This document shows, in pieces, positions 40,247 through 51,600 of a DNA stretch of 64,000 nt. Every line of letters starts with the position of its first letter. Position 1 is the stretch's first letter. Where the stretch lies: contig CAZSGP010000005.1 in assembly GCA_964606485.1 (NCBI GenBank), positions 139,649 to 203,648 on the forward strand. The letters run 5' to 3'. The DNA comes from an uncultured Planctomycetia bacterium (GTDB lineage Bacteria; Omnitrophota; Gorgyraeia; 2-02-FULL-51-18). The notes beneath the pieces are model-generated. The model made no database searches. It worked only from the letters and a program-made list of their open reading frames with translations, and was not told the DNA's origin. The translations under genes were made by a program, and so were the position numbers.

Positions 40247-40331
40247 GCCAACGGGTCCTGCCGGCGGTTGTCCGTTCGAAAGCCACCTTCGGTGTTTTCG
40301 AGACGGACGCCTACCGCCGTCACCCGTTGGC
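40247..40331. repeat. 85-bp palindromic hairpin element, copy 3, between purQ and purL, overlapping the purQ stop codon
   Basis: gccaacgggtcctgccggcggttgtccgttcgaaagccaccttcggtgttttcgagacggacgcctaccgccgtcacccgttggc. The right arm encodes the last three codons (ANG) plus the stop of purQ. The purL SD follows the left arm directly. Confidence 0.8.
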
Positions 40332-40979
40332 TAAAATCGATTCCAATATTTTTAAGCCGTCTGTCGACCCCAGTTCCGTTTCCGAAGCGCGCTCCGGGTG
40401 CGGCATCAGTCCGAACACATTACGGTTCTTATTGCAGATTCCCGCAATGTTTTCAAGCGACCCGTTGGGGTTTTCGACGTATTTCACGACGATCTGGTCG
40501 TTAACTTTTAACTCTTCAATGGTTTTGGCGTCGGCAAAATAATTTCCCTCGCCGTGCGCAATCGGAATTCTGAGCACCTCACCTTTTTTAGACTTCTTAG
40601 TAAAGGGAGTGTTCGTGGTCTCGACTTTTAAGTCGACATACTTGCAAATGAACTGGAGTGACTCGTTGCGCAACATGGCCCCTGGCAAAAGACCGGACTC
40701 GAGGAGAATTTGAAAGCCGTTGCAAATGCCGATCACAAGCTTTCCTTTTTCGGCGTGCTTCATCACGCCGTCCATCACCGGCGAAAAACGCGCAATTGAA
40801 CCCGTGCGCAAATAATCGCCATAGCTAAACCCGCCCGGCAAAACGATGCAGTCGTATTTCGTCACATCGCGTTCTTTGTGCCAGACAAAATCTGTCTCTT
40901 GATGCATCACGTGTTTTAAAACGTGGTAGCAATCGTAGTCGCAATTAGAACCTGGGAAAACAACAACGCCGAATTTCAT
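40320..40979 (-). CDS. purQ: Phosphoribosylformylglycinamidine synthase I (glutaminase subunit)
   Basis: 219 aa. [16 protein letters not shown], with the class I glutamine amidotransferase triad. Confidence 0.9.
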   Translation of the reverse strand: MKFGVVVFPGSNCDYDCYHVLKHVMHQETDFVWHKERDVTKYDCIVLPGGFSYGDYLRTGSIARFSPVMDGVMKHAEKGKLVIGICNGFQILLESGLLPGAMLRNESLQFICKYVDLKVETTNTPFTKKSKKGEVLRIPIAHGEGNYFADAKTIEELKVNDQIVVKYVENPNGSLENIAGICNKNRNVFGLMPHPERASETELGSTDGLKILESILANG

Positions 40980-41215
40980 AGAATTTCGTATTTATAATCC
41001 TCGATGACGGTGTTTGCGAGCAATTTCTCGCACATGACTTTCAAATTTTGCTCGGCCTTCCCCTTGTCTTGCGTGTTCAAATCCACTTCGATGAATTTGC
41101 CGACGCGAACGTCTTTTACTTCCTTAAATCCCATGCTCTCCAAGCCGTGCGCCACGGCTTTACCTTGCGGGTCGAGCACCGATTTCTTTAGCGTTACAAA
41201 TACTTTAGCTTTCAA
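40976..41215 (-). CDS. purS: Phosphoribosylformylglycinamidine synthase subunit PurS
   Basis: 79 aa. [24 protein letters not shown] start, with SD AAGGGGG upstream. Confidence 0.85.
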   Translation of the reverse strand: MKAKVFVTLKKSVLDPQGKAVAHGLESMGFKEVKDVRVGKFIEVDLNTQDKGKAEQNLKVMCEKLLANTVIEDYKYEIL

Positions 41216-41269
41216 CTTAAGTCCCCCTTCGGTCTGAAACCACCTCCCCGGCGCTTCGCGTTCGCCTTT

Positions 41270-41307
41270 CCTCCCCTTACCAAGGGGAGGTGTCCACCTC
41301 AGTGGAC
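41270..41307 (-). promoter_or_regulatory. Two tandem GC-rich stem-loops in the 97-nt purB-purS spacer (possible terminator, attenuator or processing site)
   Basis: cctcccc-ttaccaa-ggggagg (41270-41290) and gtccac-ctca-gtggac (41292-41307). Neither is followed by a clean U-tract. Confidence 0.3.
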
Positions 41308-41314
41308 GGAGGGG

Positions 41315-42613
41315 TTATTTCTTCAATACTCTCTTAAAGATCGTTCCAACGTGCTTCAAATGATATTCCAGTCCAAACAATGCTTCGATTTCTTTCTTTG
41401 AAAATTTGCCCATCACTTCCGAGTCTTGGAACAGCAGATCTTTTAAATTTTCATTCTTATTTTTCCACACGCGCATGGCGTTGCGTTGAACAATTTTGTA
41501 CGCGGTTTCGCGCGGAAGACCTTTGTCGATAAGAGCGAGAAGTACGCGCTGGGAAAAAATCAATCCGCGCGTTTTCCAAATATTGTCCATCATGTTTTCG
41601 GGGTAAACGTTGAGTCCCTTGATGACTGCAATCATCTCACGCAACATGAAGTGTACTGCAATAAACGAATCCGGGAGAATGATGCGCTCCACCGACGAAT
41701 GGGAAATATCACGTTCATGCCAGAGCGGAATATTTTCGAGCGCCGCGTGTGCGTTTGCTCTTAAAAGCCGTGAAAGCCCCGTCACGCGCTCGCAGTTGAC
41801 TGGATTGCGCTTATGCGGCATGGCGCTCGAACCAGTCTGACCTTCGGAAAATGGTTCTTCGAGTTCGAGCGTTTCTGTTTTTTGAAGATGGCGAATTTCC
41901 GTCGCAAGTTTCTCGAGGGATGCCCCTAAAATTGCAATAGCCGATAGCACTTCCGCGTGGCGGTCGCGCTGTAAAACTTGAGTCGAAACAGGAGCTACTT
42001 CAAGATCGAGTTTCTCCATCGTAATCTCTTCGACGCGGGGGTCGATGTTGGCGTAGGTTCCGACCGCTCCCGAAATTTTCCCGAACGAAATCCCCTCACG
42101 CGCGGCTTCAAGACGTCCTAGCGAGCGCTTAAATTCTTCGTGAAACAGTAAAAATTTGAGACCGAGTGTCACAGGTTCCGCGTGCACGCCGTGCGAGCGG
42201 CCCATCATGGGAGTATTCTTATATTTTAGGCTTTGGGATTTAAGAACGCTAACAAGCTCCCCAACATTAGCCTCGACGAGCTGAATCGCCTGGCGGATTT
42301 GAAGACTCAAGGCCGTGTCAAGCACGTCACTGGAGGTCAAACCCTTGTGGATAAACCGGGCGTCGGCCCCGACAAAATTGGCGATGCTTTTTAAGAACGC
42401 GGTGACGTCATGCTTCGTAACCCTTTCATATTGCTCAATTTGTGTAATATTGAAGTTGGCTTTTTTGGAGATATTTTTAGCGGATTTTTTGGGGATAAGA
42501 CCAAGGTCGGCCATGGCCTCGCAGGCAGCCACTTCGACTTGTAGCATGGTCCTAAACCGATTTTCATCGGTCCAAATTTGGCCCATCTCTGGAAGCGTAT
42601 AACGGCTAATCAA
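41315..42613 (-). CDS. purB: Adenylosuccinate lyase
   Basis: 432 aa, with fumarate-lyase superfamily signature GSSAMPHKRNP. Confidence 0.9.
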   Translation of the reverse strand: MISRYTLPEMGQIWTDENRFRTMLQVEVAACEAMADLGLIPKKSAKNISKKANFNITQIEQYERVTKHDVTAFLKSIANFVGADARFIHKGLTSSDVLDTALSLQIRQAIQLVEANVGELVSVLKSQSLKYKNTPMMGRSHGVHAEPVTLGLKFLLFHEEFKRSLGRLEAAREGISFGKISGAVGTYANIDPRVEEITMEKLDLEVAPVSTQVLQRDRHAEVLSAIAILGASLEKLATEIRHLQKTETLELEEPFSEGQTGSSAMPHKRNPVNCERVTGLSRLLRANAHAALENIPLWHERDISHSSVERIILPDSFIAVHFMLREMIAVIKGLNVYPENMMDNIWKTRGLIFSQRVLLALIDKGLPRETAYKIVQRNAMRVWKNKNENLKDLLFQDSEVMGKFSKKEIEALFGLEYHLKHVGTIFKRVLKK

Positions 42614-42673
42614 ACTGGCTCCAAGCGTTTTAGGTGGATCCCCGGAAAAGCCAGTATTATATCAGAAGAGTGG

Positions 42674-45600
42674 TTAGGCCGCTACCTGTGTGGTGTGAAG
42701 CGCGAGAATACTTAAGATGAGCCGGGTATTAAAGACCTTTTCAGGTTCGAGTAACCTAAACCGGTTACCCGAAAAGTGAACGTCCACTAGCTTCTGGAGC
42801 AGTTCTGGAAGCGATTTTGGATCTAAATTTTTAGACAGCGCAATCACGGTCAAAAGATAAAATGCTGAGGAGGACCCATCCACCTCACCGCGCTCGACTT
42901 CGGCGTAAGGCGCCGCACTTGAAAATTGAAGCGCCTTGGCGCGATCCGGAAAATACAACGTTCCCACATTTAATTTTTCGTTTTCTAGTGAATTTAGATC
43001 GGCACTAGGCTTAAACGACAGTTTCACTCCGCTCTGGGATAATTTCTGCAAACGATTTTGAATGGATTCGGCTTGATCACTCGACGCTTCACCGTACAGC
43101 ACGAGTTCGAGCAAGCGACCTTTGACGTGATCAAACTCAAGCGACGAATTGAGAATACTGGTTAAGCTTTCCAAAGCCTTTTGTGTTTTTAAATTTCCAT
43201 TCGCATCCAAGAAAAGTTCCATCGGGACGGGGATTGTTCCCGTTTGACCCGGAGCGACTTTCGCGGAAATAGAATCAGCGACCGCTTTCACGAATGCTTT
43301 TGATTCCTCTATACTTAAATCTTCCAATTGAGCTTCAATAGAATTCTTCGCCTGCGAAGAAAGGCGCTGAGCCTCTGCTAAATCCGCCACTCCGCTTTCA
43401 AGAACCGGATAATTTTCGAGTTTAAAATTAGAATTTATTTCTGAAAGCGGCGCCGTGCGAATCTCAACCGCTTCGGCAGACTTAAGCGTCACGAGCGTTA
43501 CAAAAGCTCCTGTTAAAAGAGGAAAGAGTTTGGGGAATGCTCCGGCCTTGTGAGAGGCGGCAATGCGCGCGCCTGAAATTTTAAGCGGCATCACACTCAG
43601 CTCGGCATGATTGGATAACAAGTTTAACTGAAATTTAGTTTGGCCCCCTTCTTCCCGTAGAAATTTTTCTAGCCTTTTTTCGTAACCTTTTTTTGTGGGC
43701 TCGGTAATTTTGAGCTCTAGTTTTGTACCGGGATTCCTTTGGCTTGTGATGGTAATCGTGTGCACGATCCCGCTTTGAACCAGTCCACGAAGCTCGCTCA
43801 ACGTTTGGTCGAGGGTTAGATTGCGTTTTTCGGAAAGACGGGCGGCATTTGGGGTGTCTATAAGATTTCGATATTCATTACCAACTTTTTGCCCCTGATT
43901 GATCGTTCCATTGGTCGATGCGTTATCCCTAATCTGCCAAACTCCATTGATGAAGGATAAATGCACATGCTCTCCAGAAACACGAGGGTTATCATCCGTC
44001 ACAATATCGTTGTCAAAACCACGGCCAATCTTATAGACCGCCTGCTTAAACCCATCAAGATTATAAAATTTCTGATCTTTAGTTCTCCATAAAAATAATC
44101 TATATCCGTAAATTTGGTAGATGAAAAATTCGTTGGCCGCCGCCAGCGTGAAAGCCGGACGAGACGTCGAAGCAACAGGAACCGTTTGCGCTGGAGGGGC
44201 GGCAATCCGCATCGTTGACTCAGGTACAGGCCCAAGCCATTGTAGCGTTGTCTCCTTAGAAGCATCTTGCGCTAAAAAATTAAGGCTACAGTTGCCGTTT
44301 CCATTGTTGTGCACACTCACCTGGAATCCGTATCGAAATGGTTTTCCGAGTTCAAACGCTAAAGATGGAGCCGTCGGCCTAAAAGCGCCTTTATCATAAT
44401 CTTGAATATAAGCGTGTATGCCGGCACTGTCTTGTTTATACCAAATTTTATAAACAGCCGATCCAACCCGCACCCAAACGTCTCCCATAAATGGCGCATT
44501 CTGAATAGATAGAGGCTTGACACTGCGCGCCGGACTCTTCAACTCGCGGATCCTGCCAAAGTATTCTTTAAGCATTTGCCGAGTTTTGATGTCCTCCATG
44601 TCCACCAACTCTTCTAATTTTTCTTTAGCCTGAATAACCCTAATTTCATCTGGAGTCATCGCGACCCCAATAAACGATTTTTTTGTTTCAAAAAAATGAA
44701 CTGCGTTTAATACATCTTGCGCGGAGTATTGAAGTCCAAAAAGACTGGCGCGAATTTCAGCTGGTTTTAAAGGCGGATCGATTAATCGCAGGACACGCGC
44801 GCAAAGATGTGGGTCTGTTTCATCAAGACCCTGCGTTTTGAAAACAGTTAGAATCGTGGCCATGGCAGGCGCATTGCGCATAACATTGGTGACACCTCTT
44901 AAACCTGCCGATCTAATAAGCTCTTCCCGTATTTTTTCAAATTTATTCGCGGGATCCAAAATTTCCTGTTGGGTTTTTGGTCTATGCGTTAAAAGTGTTG
45001 AGGCAATCACTTTGAGTCGCCTATCCAGCTCTGCTGGTGCCAAATCAGCCAACCGCGATCCTTTAACCTTGTCGCGGGTAAAGCCCGTTTTACTTTGATT
45101 ATCTTTTTTGAATTCGATCATTTCTTCATATGTCTTAAGACCGGGCTTAAGGATAATTTTGTCTCGTCGTTCATTCGGAATCACAAAAATATCCCCATCG
45201 AGAATATGCTGTGAAAGTCCAGGAACTGTGAGCAACTCAATCGGATTTGCGACAACAGACTGATCAATGGCAAAACGAATGTAATAGTCCTTATTGGTTT
45301 TTCTTAAATCCTTCACCAATTCGACATATGCGAGTGGGGTTCGCGAAACACTGTAAAGCTTTCCTTCAAAAAATTGGAGCAAACCCATCTCCAAATCTCT
45401 TTGGACTTCCTCTGAGCTGATTAAAAATCCAGGAGCTCCTTCAATCTCAAAGCGCCTTAGGTCACCGGCCCATTTTTTAAATGCTTCTATTTCAATTTTT
45501 ATTTGTTTGGGTTTCGTTGCGGATTGAACGTGAAGCGCATAATCCTCTGGACTCATACCCGAAAAACGGAAATCCGCGTTGGAGCTCCCTACTACAAACC

Positions 45601-48600
45601 CTCTTAAGATGTCTTTGGCCGCTTGTACATAATTAACGCTAAGATCTGCATCGGGTATTTTAACGGGCTTGCCTTGATGGTAACGCACCCTATTGTCGAT
45701 AAAAAAATCGGAGTTAGCTTTTCTTAATTGTCTGAGATAGGTTTCATAGTCATTCGCAGATTTTCCGATGAGGAACAATGATCCATCGGAATCAATATCC
45801 AAAATTCCTCTTTCTAAGTCTCTAAAGGCCTCGGTGTAACTGGGTTTTACACTCCCTTTATAATCCACAATCTTTTCCACGAAGCCGTAGCGAACCGAAG
45901 AGCTGCTCCAATTTCCGCCCAAAGAATAATAATGTAAAAAGCAAGCGGCCGCCGACTCTCGTTGCTCGTTTTGCAAAAGCGAAGCTTTTAGCTTCAAGCT
46001 CATTCCCCTGGGACCGCTGGAATAATACTCTAACTCTGCATTCGTACCGACGACACGCAAACGCGCCTGAGGATGTAAGAGGTAACACCGGCCTTTTGCA
46101 AAGTACCTGAATACGGGCCACCTAAAAATATTTTTTTCTTTCGGGTTTGTTATGCTTGAGTCATGCAACTCATAAAATATTTTTTCGGTGTTGTAATCTG
46201 CTTCCGCTGAAAGCCGCTCTTGTGCGCCTGGTTTGAACGGCTCTCCAATAATGGCGCATTCTGCCGCATTTCTTAGTGCGATAAAAGCCCTGTGTGCCTT
46301 GCGGTTGGACGCTCTCTCGCGCACTCCCCGATTGGGCTCAGTAAAAGATTCAGGGTCCTGATAAACATCCCAATGAAAACCGTTGCTAAAAAAAACTTTT
46401 CTTTTGATCTTGCCTTTTGACACACACTCAAATTCCAATGCGATAGGATTGGAGGGCGAGCCATCCCCCACATAAGCTTTGCCGGACAGGACATTAAGCA
46501 CGAATTTGGTCGGAAAATTTCCCGCCTTTCCTCTGGGTGCGACGAGCAAATCACCCTTTTTATCTGCCGTCAGCCTGAAATTGTCTCGGATGGCTTTTTC
46601 ATTATTAAGCTCAATAACTAGGTCGCCGAGCGCTTTGCCATTTAAAATTTTGGTGTGGTCCGCCGGCTCCTCGTCGGTGTCAATGGAGTCTGACACACTA
46701 AGCAATTCTTCCCGCATTGTAAAAGCGCTTTCCATGCCAGGTAAAGGGCGCCATCCCTCAAACGCAACCTGAGAATAAGTCCACTTAGTTTGCTCAATCT
46801 CCAAAATATCGAAGCTATCTCCATTAATACTCAGCGTTCCATTTTTTTCGTTAAACAAGTAATCCGCTTGTATCTGCTGATTATCGGAAACGAGTGCTCC
46901 TAGATCGGTTTGATTCGCCTGTACAAAATTCAATAAAAGCCCATTGTCGTGAGGTTTCACACTGATAGGACAAATAAGCAACCTTTCGATTTTGCGTCCG
47001 CTTTTTTTTCCTTCCAATGTTATCCAAATAAGATTTTTCCCATCTGACGCTCTCACCCAGGATGAGTAAATCGTTGAGCTGGGAAGAGAAGTTAGGCGAG
47101 CCCCCTGTGGGGGAGTTGTTTTAACCTTACGTGCGTCGCTCGCTTTTTGAAGCACGCTGAGCTCGAACATCAGCTTAAAAAATACCGGTCGCACCAAATC
47201 GGCATTTTGACCCTTATACTTTTTTTTCTCCATACGTACTTTATCTCTGCGAATGAGAAGGGTTACGAGTTCTTTTTGATTTTTGCAATCCAGAACGCGC
47301 ATCAACTCCGACAAATCACTCGCAGAAACTCCATCTAAGCCCTTCGCTAATTCGTCTATTTTCCAGGGCGTGAAAGCTTCAATTTCACTTTTTTCTTTTT
47401 TCGTAAAGATACCGGGGTTTACCATCCAACGCGCTTTTTTATCGTGCTGGTCCTCTTCAAACCGCTTGATTTCGTCGGTCGAATAAAAAGATGAGTTTTT
47501 GTGCGCCGCGGCTAGAACAATGAGCCCTGTCTTCAAAACCGAGAGGGCATGCTCTTGGTTAATGAGTCCGCCCAAAACATATTGCTCAATAATTTTTTCA
47601 TAATATTCTGTAGCGTTGCTGTCCTTTAAGCGTCGCTGCATGGTTTCTTCGTGTGCTTTGACAGTTTCCAGCACACCGGGAATTTTTAGAAAATTTTTTA
47701 GGTCTGCCTCGGTTACACGGTAGCCCCCTAGTAAATATTGGTTCAGCAGTTCGATAGCGTTGGGCAAATAATCTGTTTTGCGCACTCCCTTTAAATCACT
47801 CATCAAATGTTCGGGGTTATAGTCCGGATGCATGAAGAGAAGAAGGGTGTGAAGAAGCAGCCACCGCCTGCCCGATGCTGTTTTTCCATCCCAGGCCATA
47901 GCATCCACGGCAATCTTGGCATACTTGGCTCTCCGATCGGGCTCTAATTCAACGTAACTCTGGTAAGCATTGGATTGCAGCGTGAGAATACTGATCTTAT
48001 CTTTGGCTTGATTTCCCACGAGCGCCATTTCAACGCTAGAAGCCGCATAAAACGCGTTAGGATTTAACGTAAAACCTTTCTTATCTTTAAGCGCTTGGAA
48101 AATCTTTCGCGTTAATTCGAGCGCAAAACCATCGTCTATCCGGTTGTCTACTCGAATGAGCTCTTCGTTGTCAAAATTGAACACTATTTGCCTGGGCCAA
48201 TTCTGGTTGTCATCAGAATCGTCCGCGGATCTACCCTTCACGTAAAGACGACGCGAGGCGGCCGTCACTAAAAGAGTGATATAGTCTTCCAAGTCGCTGC
48301 CCTTCATAAGAATTAAGCGCGCGCCTTGAGTATGCGCCAAAATATCCTTCACCGCGTTTTCGCGTTCTTTGGGATTGTCTCTTAAAGAAGAAATGTAAGA
48401 TTCGATGGATGAGCGATTTGATTCGGAAAAACTGGCTAAACGAGCGCCTTTTACAGCTTTAAGACGCTCTGTTTTCTCGGACGATGCTAATGCAAGGAGT
48501 AAAAATGATTTTTCGAGGGAGTTCTGCTGAATATCACGAAAGATCTCCGAGGATTCAAGCATTTGATGGGCATGATTAATCTCATCTAGCCCCGAAAGCA

Positions 48601-51600
48601 ATCTAAATGAAAGAAAAACTAATTGGCGTTGAAAAGTCGATTTGTAATCAATATTGTTATAGGCGGGACTAGCATTCACATCCATCCAGGCTTCGTCAAA
48701 AACATTCCAAGTAAAGCAGTCCATTTTAACAATGGCTTCTATCGCTGGGGCAGCATCTCCCGCTTTTAAATGATCAATTAAATATGCATGGTTACCGTAA
48801 CCTTGAATAAAATAATCCAGCCATTGGGCCAATTCCTTGACGCTGCCCATTTCAACGGCGGCCCATGTGTATATCGCCAAGGTTTTAGGATCTGTTTTAG
48901 AAATTTTCTCAAGCTCCTGCTTAATTTTTTTTACGCCTTCAAAATTACCACCGGATTTTGCCAAGGCCAATACATAAGTCGCTTGTACCGTCGGTTCCAA
49001 AGAACGGAATTCTTCATCCATCGTTAACTGCGCAAAGTACTTTTTTACTTTTTCTAAACTTGAGTCGCTTTGCACTGCGGCCAAAGTGAGTATCGATCGC
49101 TCAAGGACTTCGTTAGGAAAAAATTGATCATTTGAAATTACACGATAAATGTCTTCGACCCGCTTTTCAGCCTCTTCAATAGCTGTTTGTCTATTGGGAT
49201 CCAAATCTGTCCATTGAACAGAACTAGAAGAGTTATTGTCGGGCCTTAGTCTCCGTTGCTGCGGATAAGGAAAAAAATCTGGAATTTCGCCACGTTTAAT
49301 TTTTCTTTGGAGATTAATCCAATACCCGTAGCGAATGATATCGGGGTGTTCTTTGACAAAACTCGCACGGTACGCCATCGGAATATAATCAAGAAACCAC
49401 TTCGGGAAAAAATCCAACGAAACACCTTGGTCGACATCGCTAACAGCCGAAAAATATTCCCCCAAAGACATGCCCTCAGAGTCTGAGACGCGCGTAATTT
49501 TTGGGAGAAAATGCATGTCCTCCAAATTTTCAAGATCATCAAAATCGTACAAAACGACACGTCCAAAATGAGTCACTCCAAAATTTTTTGGAAGCGCGTC
49601 CATTACGAAAATTCCGGCAGCAGCTAAATCCTTCAAGCAATAACCCCATTCTAGGACAGCTGCTGTTTTCTTTTCTTCGGGAACATCGGGATTATCCAGA
49701 AAAACATCCAGCGGCACCAATTTACGCTGTGCAAAAACCTCCTTGAAGATAACCTTTCCGTCCTTAAGGATTATGTTGGATGGCTCCCGCTCACCTTGGG
49801 GTGTCGCGTGCTCAATCAACTCCTTTAAAAGAGCTGGGTCAAAGTCAGATTCTTTAAATTCTAGAACTTGAAGCGTTATCGGATTTAATGCGCGACCAAC
49901 ACGGTCCATCCCCTGCACTTTTCGGTACATGCGCTTTATAAATTCTCGGATATTAACGCCCCCCTCCTCTCGCTGAAGCAGGGATTTCTTTGATGTGCTC
50001 TCTCGCGCATTTTTGAAAACATACCCAAAAGTAGGAAGCACAAAAGTATCAAGAGCCATCCCCTTCACGCCGGTCGCCCACTGAAATTTCTCACCTGGAT
50101 TAGTCTCTAAATGATTCCGCAAATTATGGACTAACTCCAATTTAGCCGGATGAGCGAAACCAACCGCAGAATAAATGGATGAGGGGGATTTATTTGGAAT
50201 AATCGAATGGAGGAAATCCAATAATTCATGATAATAATTCATTCCGGTAACATGAAAATCAATTCGCGTGTAGCCAAAGATATTGCTAACGTCCGCCTCA
50301 TTCGTCAGAACCGCATCAACTGCAATCCCCTTTTCAGTCTTTACCAGCGCGATAACGAAAGGGACTATTTTTTTGTCTGTCCGGATGCGTCCTACTAAGT
50401 AAGCACCTTTGTTGCGAAAAAAAATCTTTTTCCATATTTCAATCGAACGAATGGTCCTAAAAACCTTTTCCTCTTGATAGCGGCGAATATCTTTCTCCAA
50501 CATTTCGGCGGATAATTTCGAGTCTCGCTCCAAGTTTTCATACGGCGCTTCCACAAATCCTGCATCTTTTAGAATTCTTGCGATCGTCTCCGGACTCAAG
50601 TCTTTGTAGACTCGATAATAACGGTGAATAACCCCTTCGCTGGCGTACTCAATAGGCGTATTGACGTCCTTAAAAATTCTCCGCTCTATGGAGTTAAAGA
50701 AAATGATAGCCAAATCGGAATCCGGTCGTTCGCCTAACCATAAACTATAAATTTTTTGTAACGCTTCCCACGATTTTTTGTCTCTTAAACGATCACCCAT
50801 TAGGGGGGCAATTTCCGCAATCACTTTTGTCAACGCATCACGGTATAAATTGAGTCGCTCTTTGGCATTTTTTTGGCCCTCTTCCCAGAGTGATAGCTCA
50901 AATACTCTCTGAGCTCTTGCTGTAATTTCGGCATATCTGGATTGGTACTCATCGAAAGCCTTTAAAATCAGACGAACGATATGATCCGGTGAGACATTCG
51001 AGCGCTGATCGGAGACATAAATTGGCTTTGAAATACTTGATGATTCATCTCCGTTACCTTGAAATTCAGGCCGTTCCGCCAACCGCGCTCCACTCTTGGC
51101 TCTCCAATACCCCATCACTACCGTGGTCATGCCGTCTTTTTTGGGATAATCATTTTGGAAGCCGTCGACGGATTCGAAACCCGCCTCGTTTAAAATTCTT
51201 AGATAATTTTCTTTTTCGATCAGATACTGGTCCGAATAAAGATGGGACATGAAATACGCGGTCTCGAGTGTAGAACCTAAGTTACGCGCCGCAATTTGAG
51301 GGTTAATAGAAAGAAGATCTATTGTCAGAAGTCCGAACCGAGATGAAAGACTAGCCCACGATTTAAAGTGCTCGTACAAGTTTTGCTCCAACACGCCATT
51401 TGGAATAATTCGACCGCGATGCGTGTAAATGGCTCTTGAATCGGTGCGACGCCTTGCCGCGGCCTTGCGGTCTTTGGGTATCACAAACGGACGGTTATGG
51501 TCTAAAAAAGAGCGGACGTGTAAAAGATCCTGGGCTTTTGCGTCGAAAGGAGCTAGAAGCTCGTTCAAATTTTTTTCATAGAGAGCAGGGTCGTTGATAT

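Noticed and set aside
40247-40331. The repeat element as a riboswitch (ZTP/pfl, purine or glycine) controlling purL or glyA.
   Set aside because: The same sequence occurs in both orientations relative to same-strand genes. It occurs downstream of glyA and inside a coding sequence. It is an almost perfect single long palindrome with a UUCG loop rather than a multi-helix aptamer. There is a faint resemblance to ZTP (GGGU..G.CGGCG / CCGCC). This should still be excluded with Rfam cmscan against RF01750, RF00167 and RF00504.
1854-40331. A CRISPR array or classic MITE with target-site duplications.
   Set aside because: There are only three copies, tens of kb apart, with no regular spacing, so it is not a CRISPR array. 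The flanks show inverted-complementary sequence rather than direct-repeat target-site duplications. No transposase gene is present in the window.
42614-42673. A TATAAT-containing promoter for purB inside the 60-nt spacer after gene B.
   Set aside because: There is only an isolated -10-like hexamer, with no acceptable -35 at 16-18 nt. purB may simply be co-transcribed with the giant gene.
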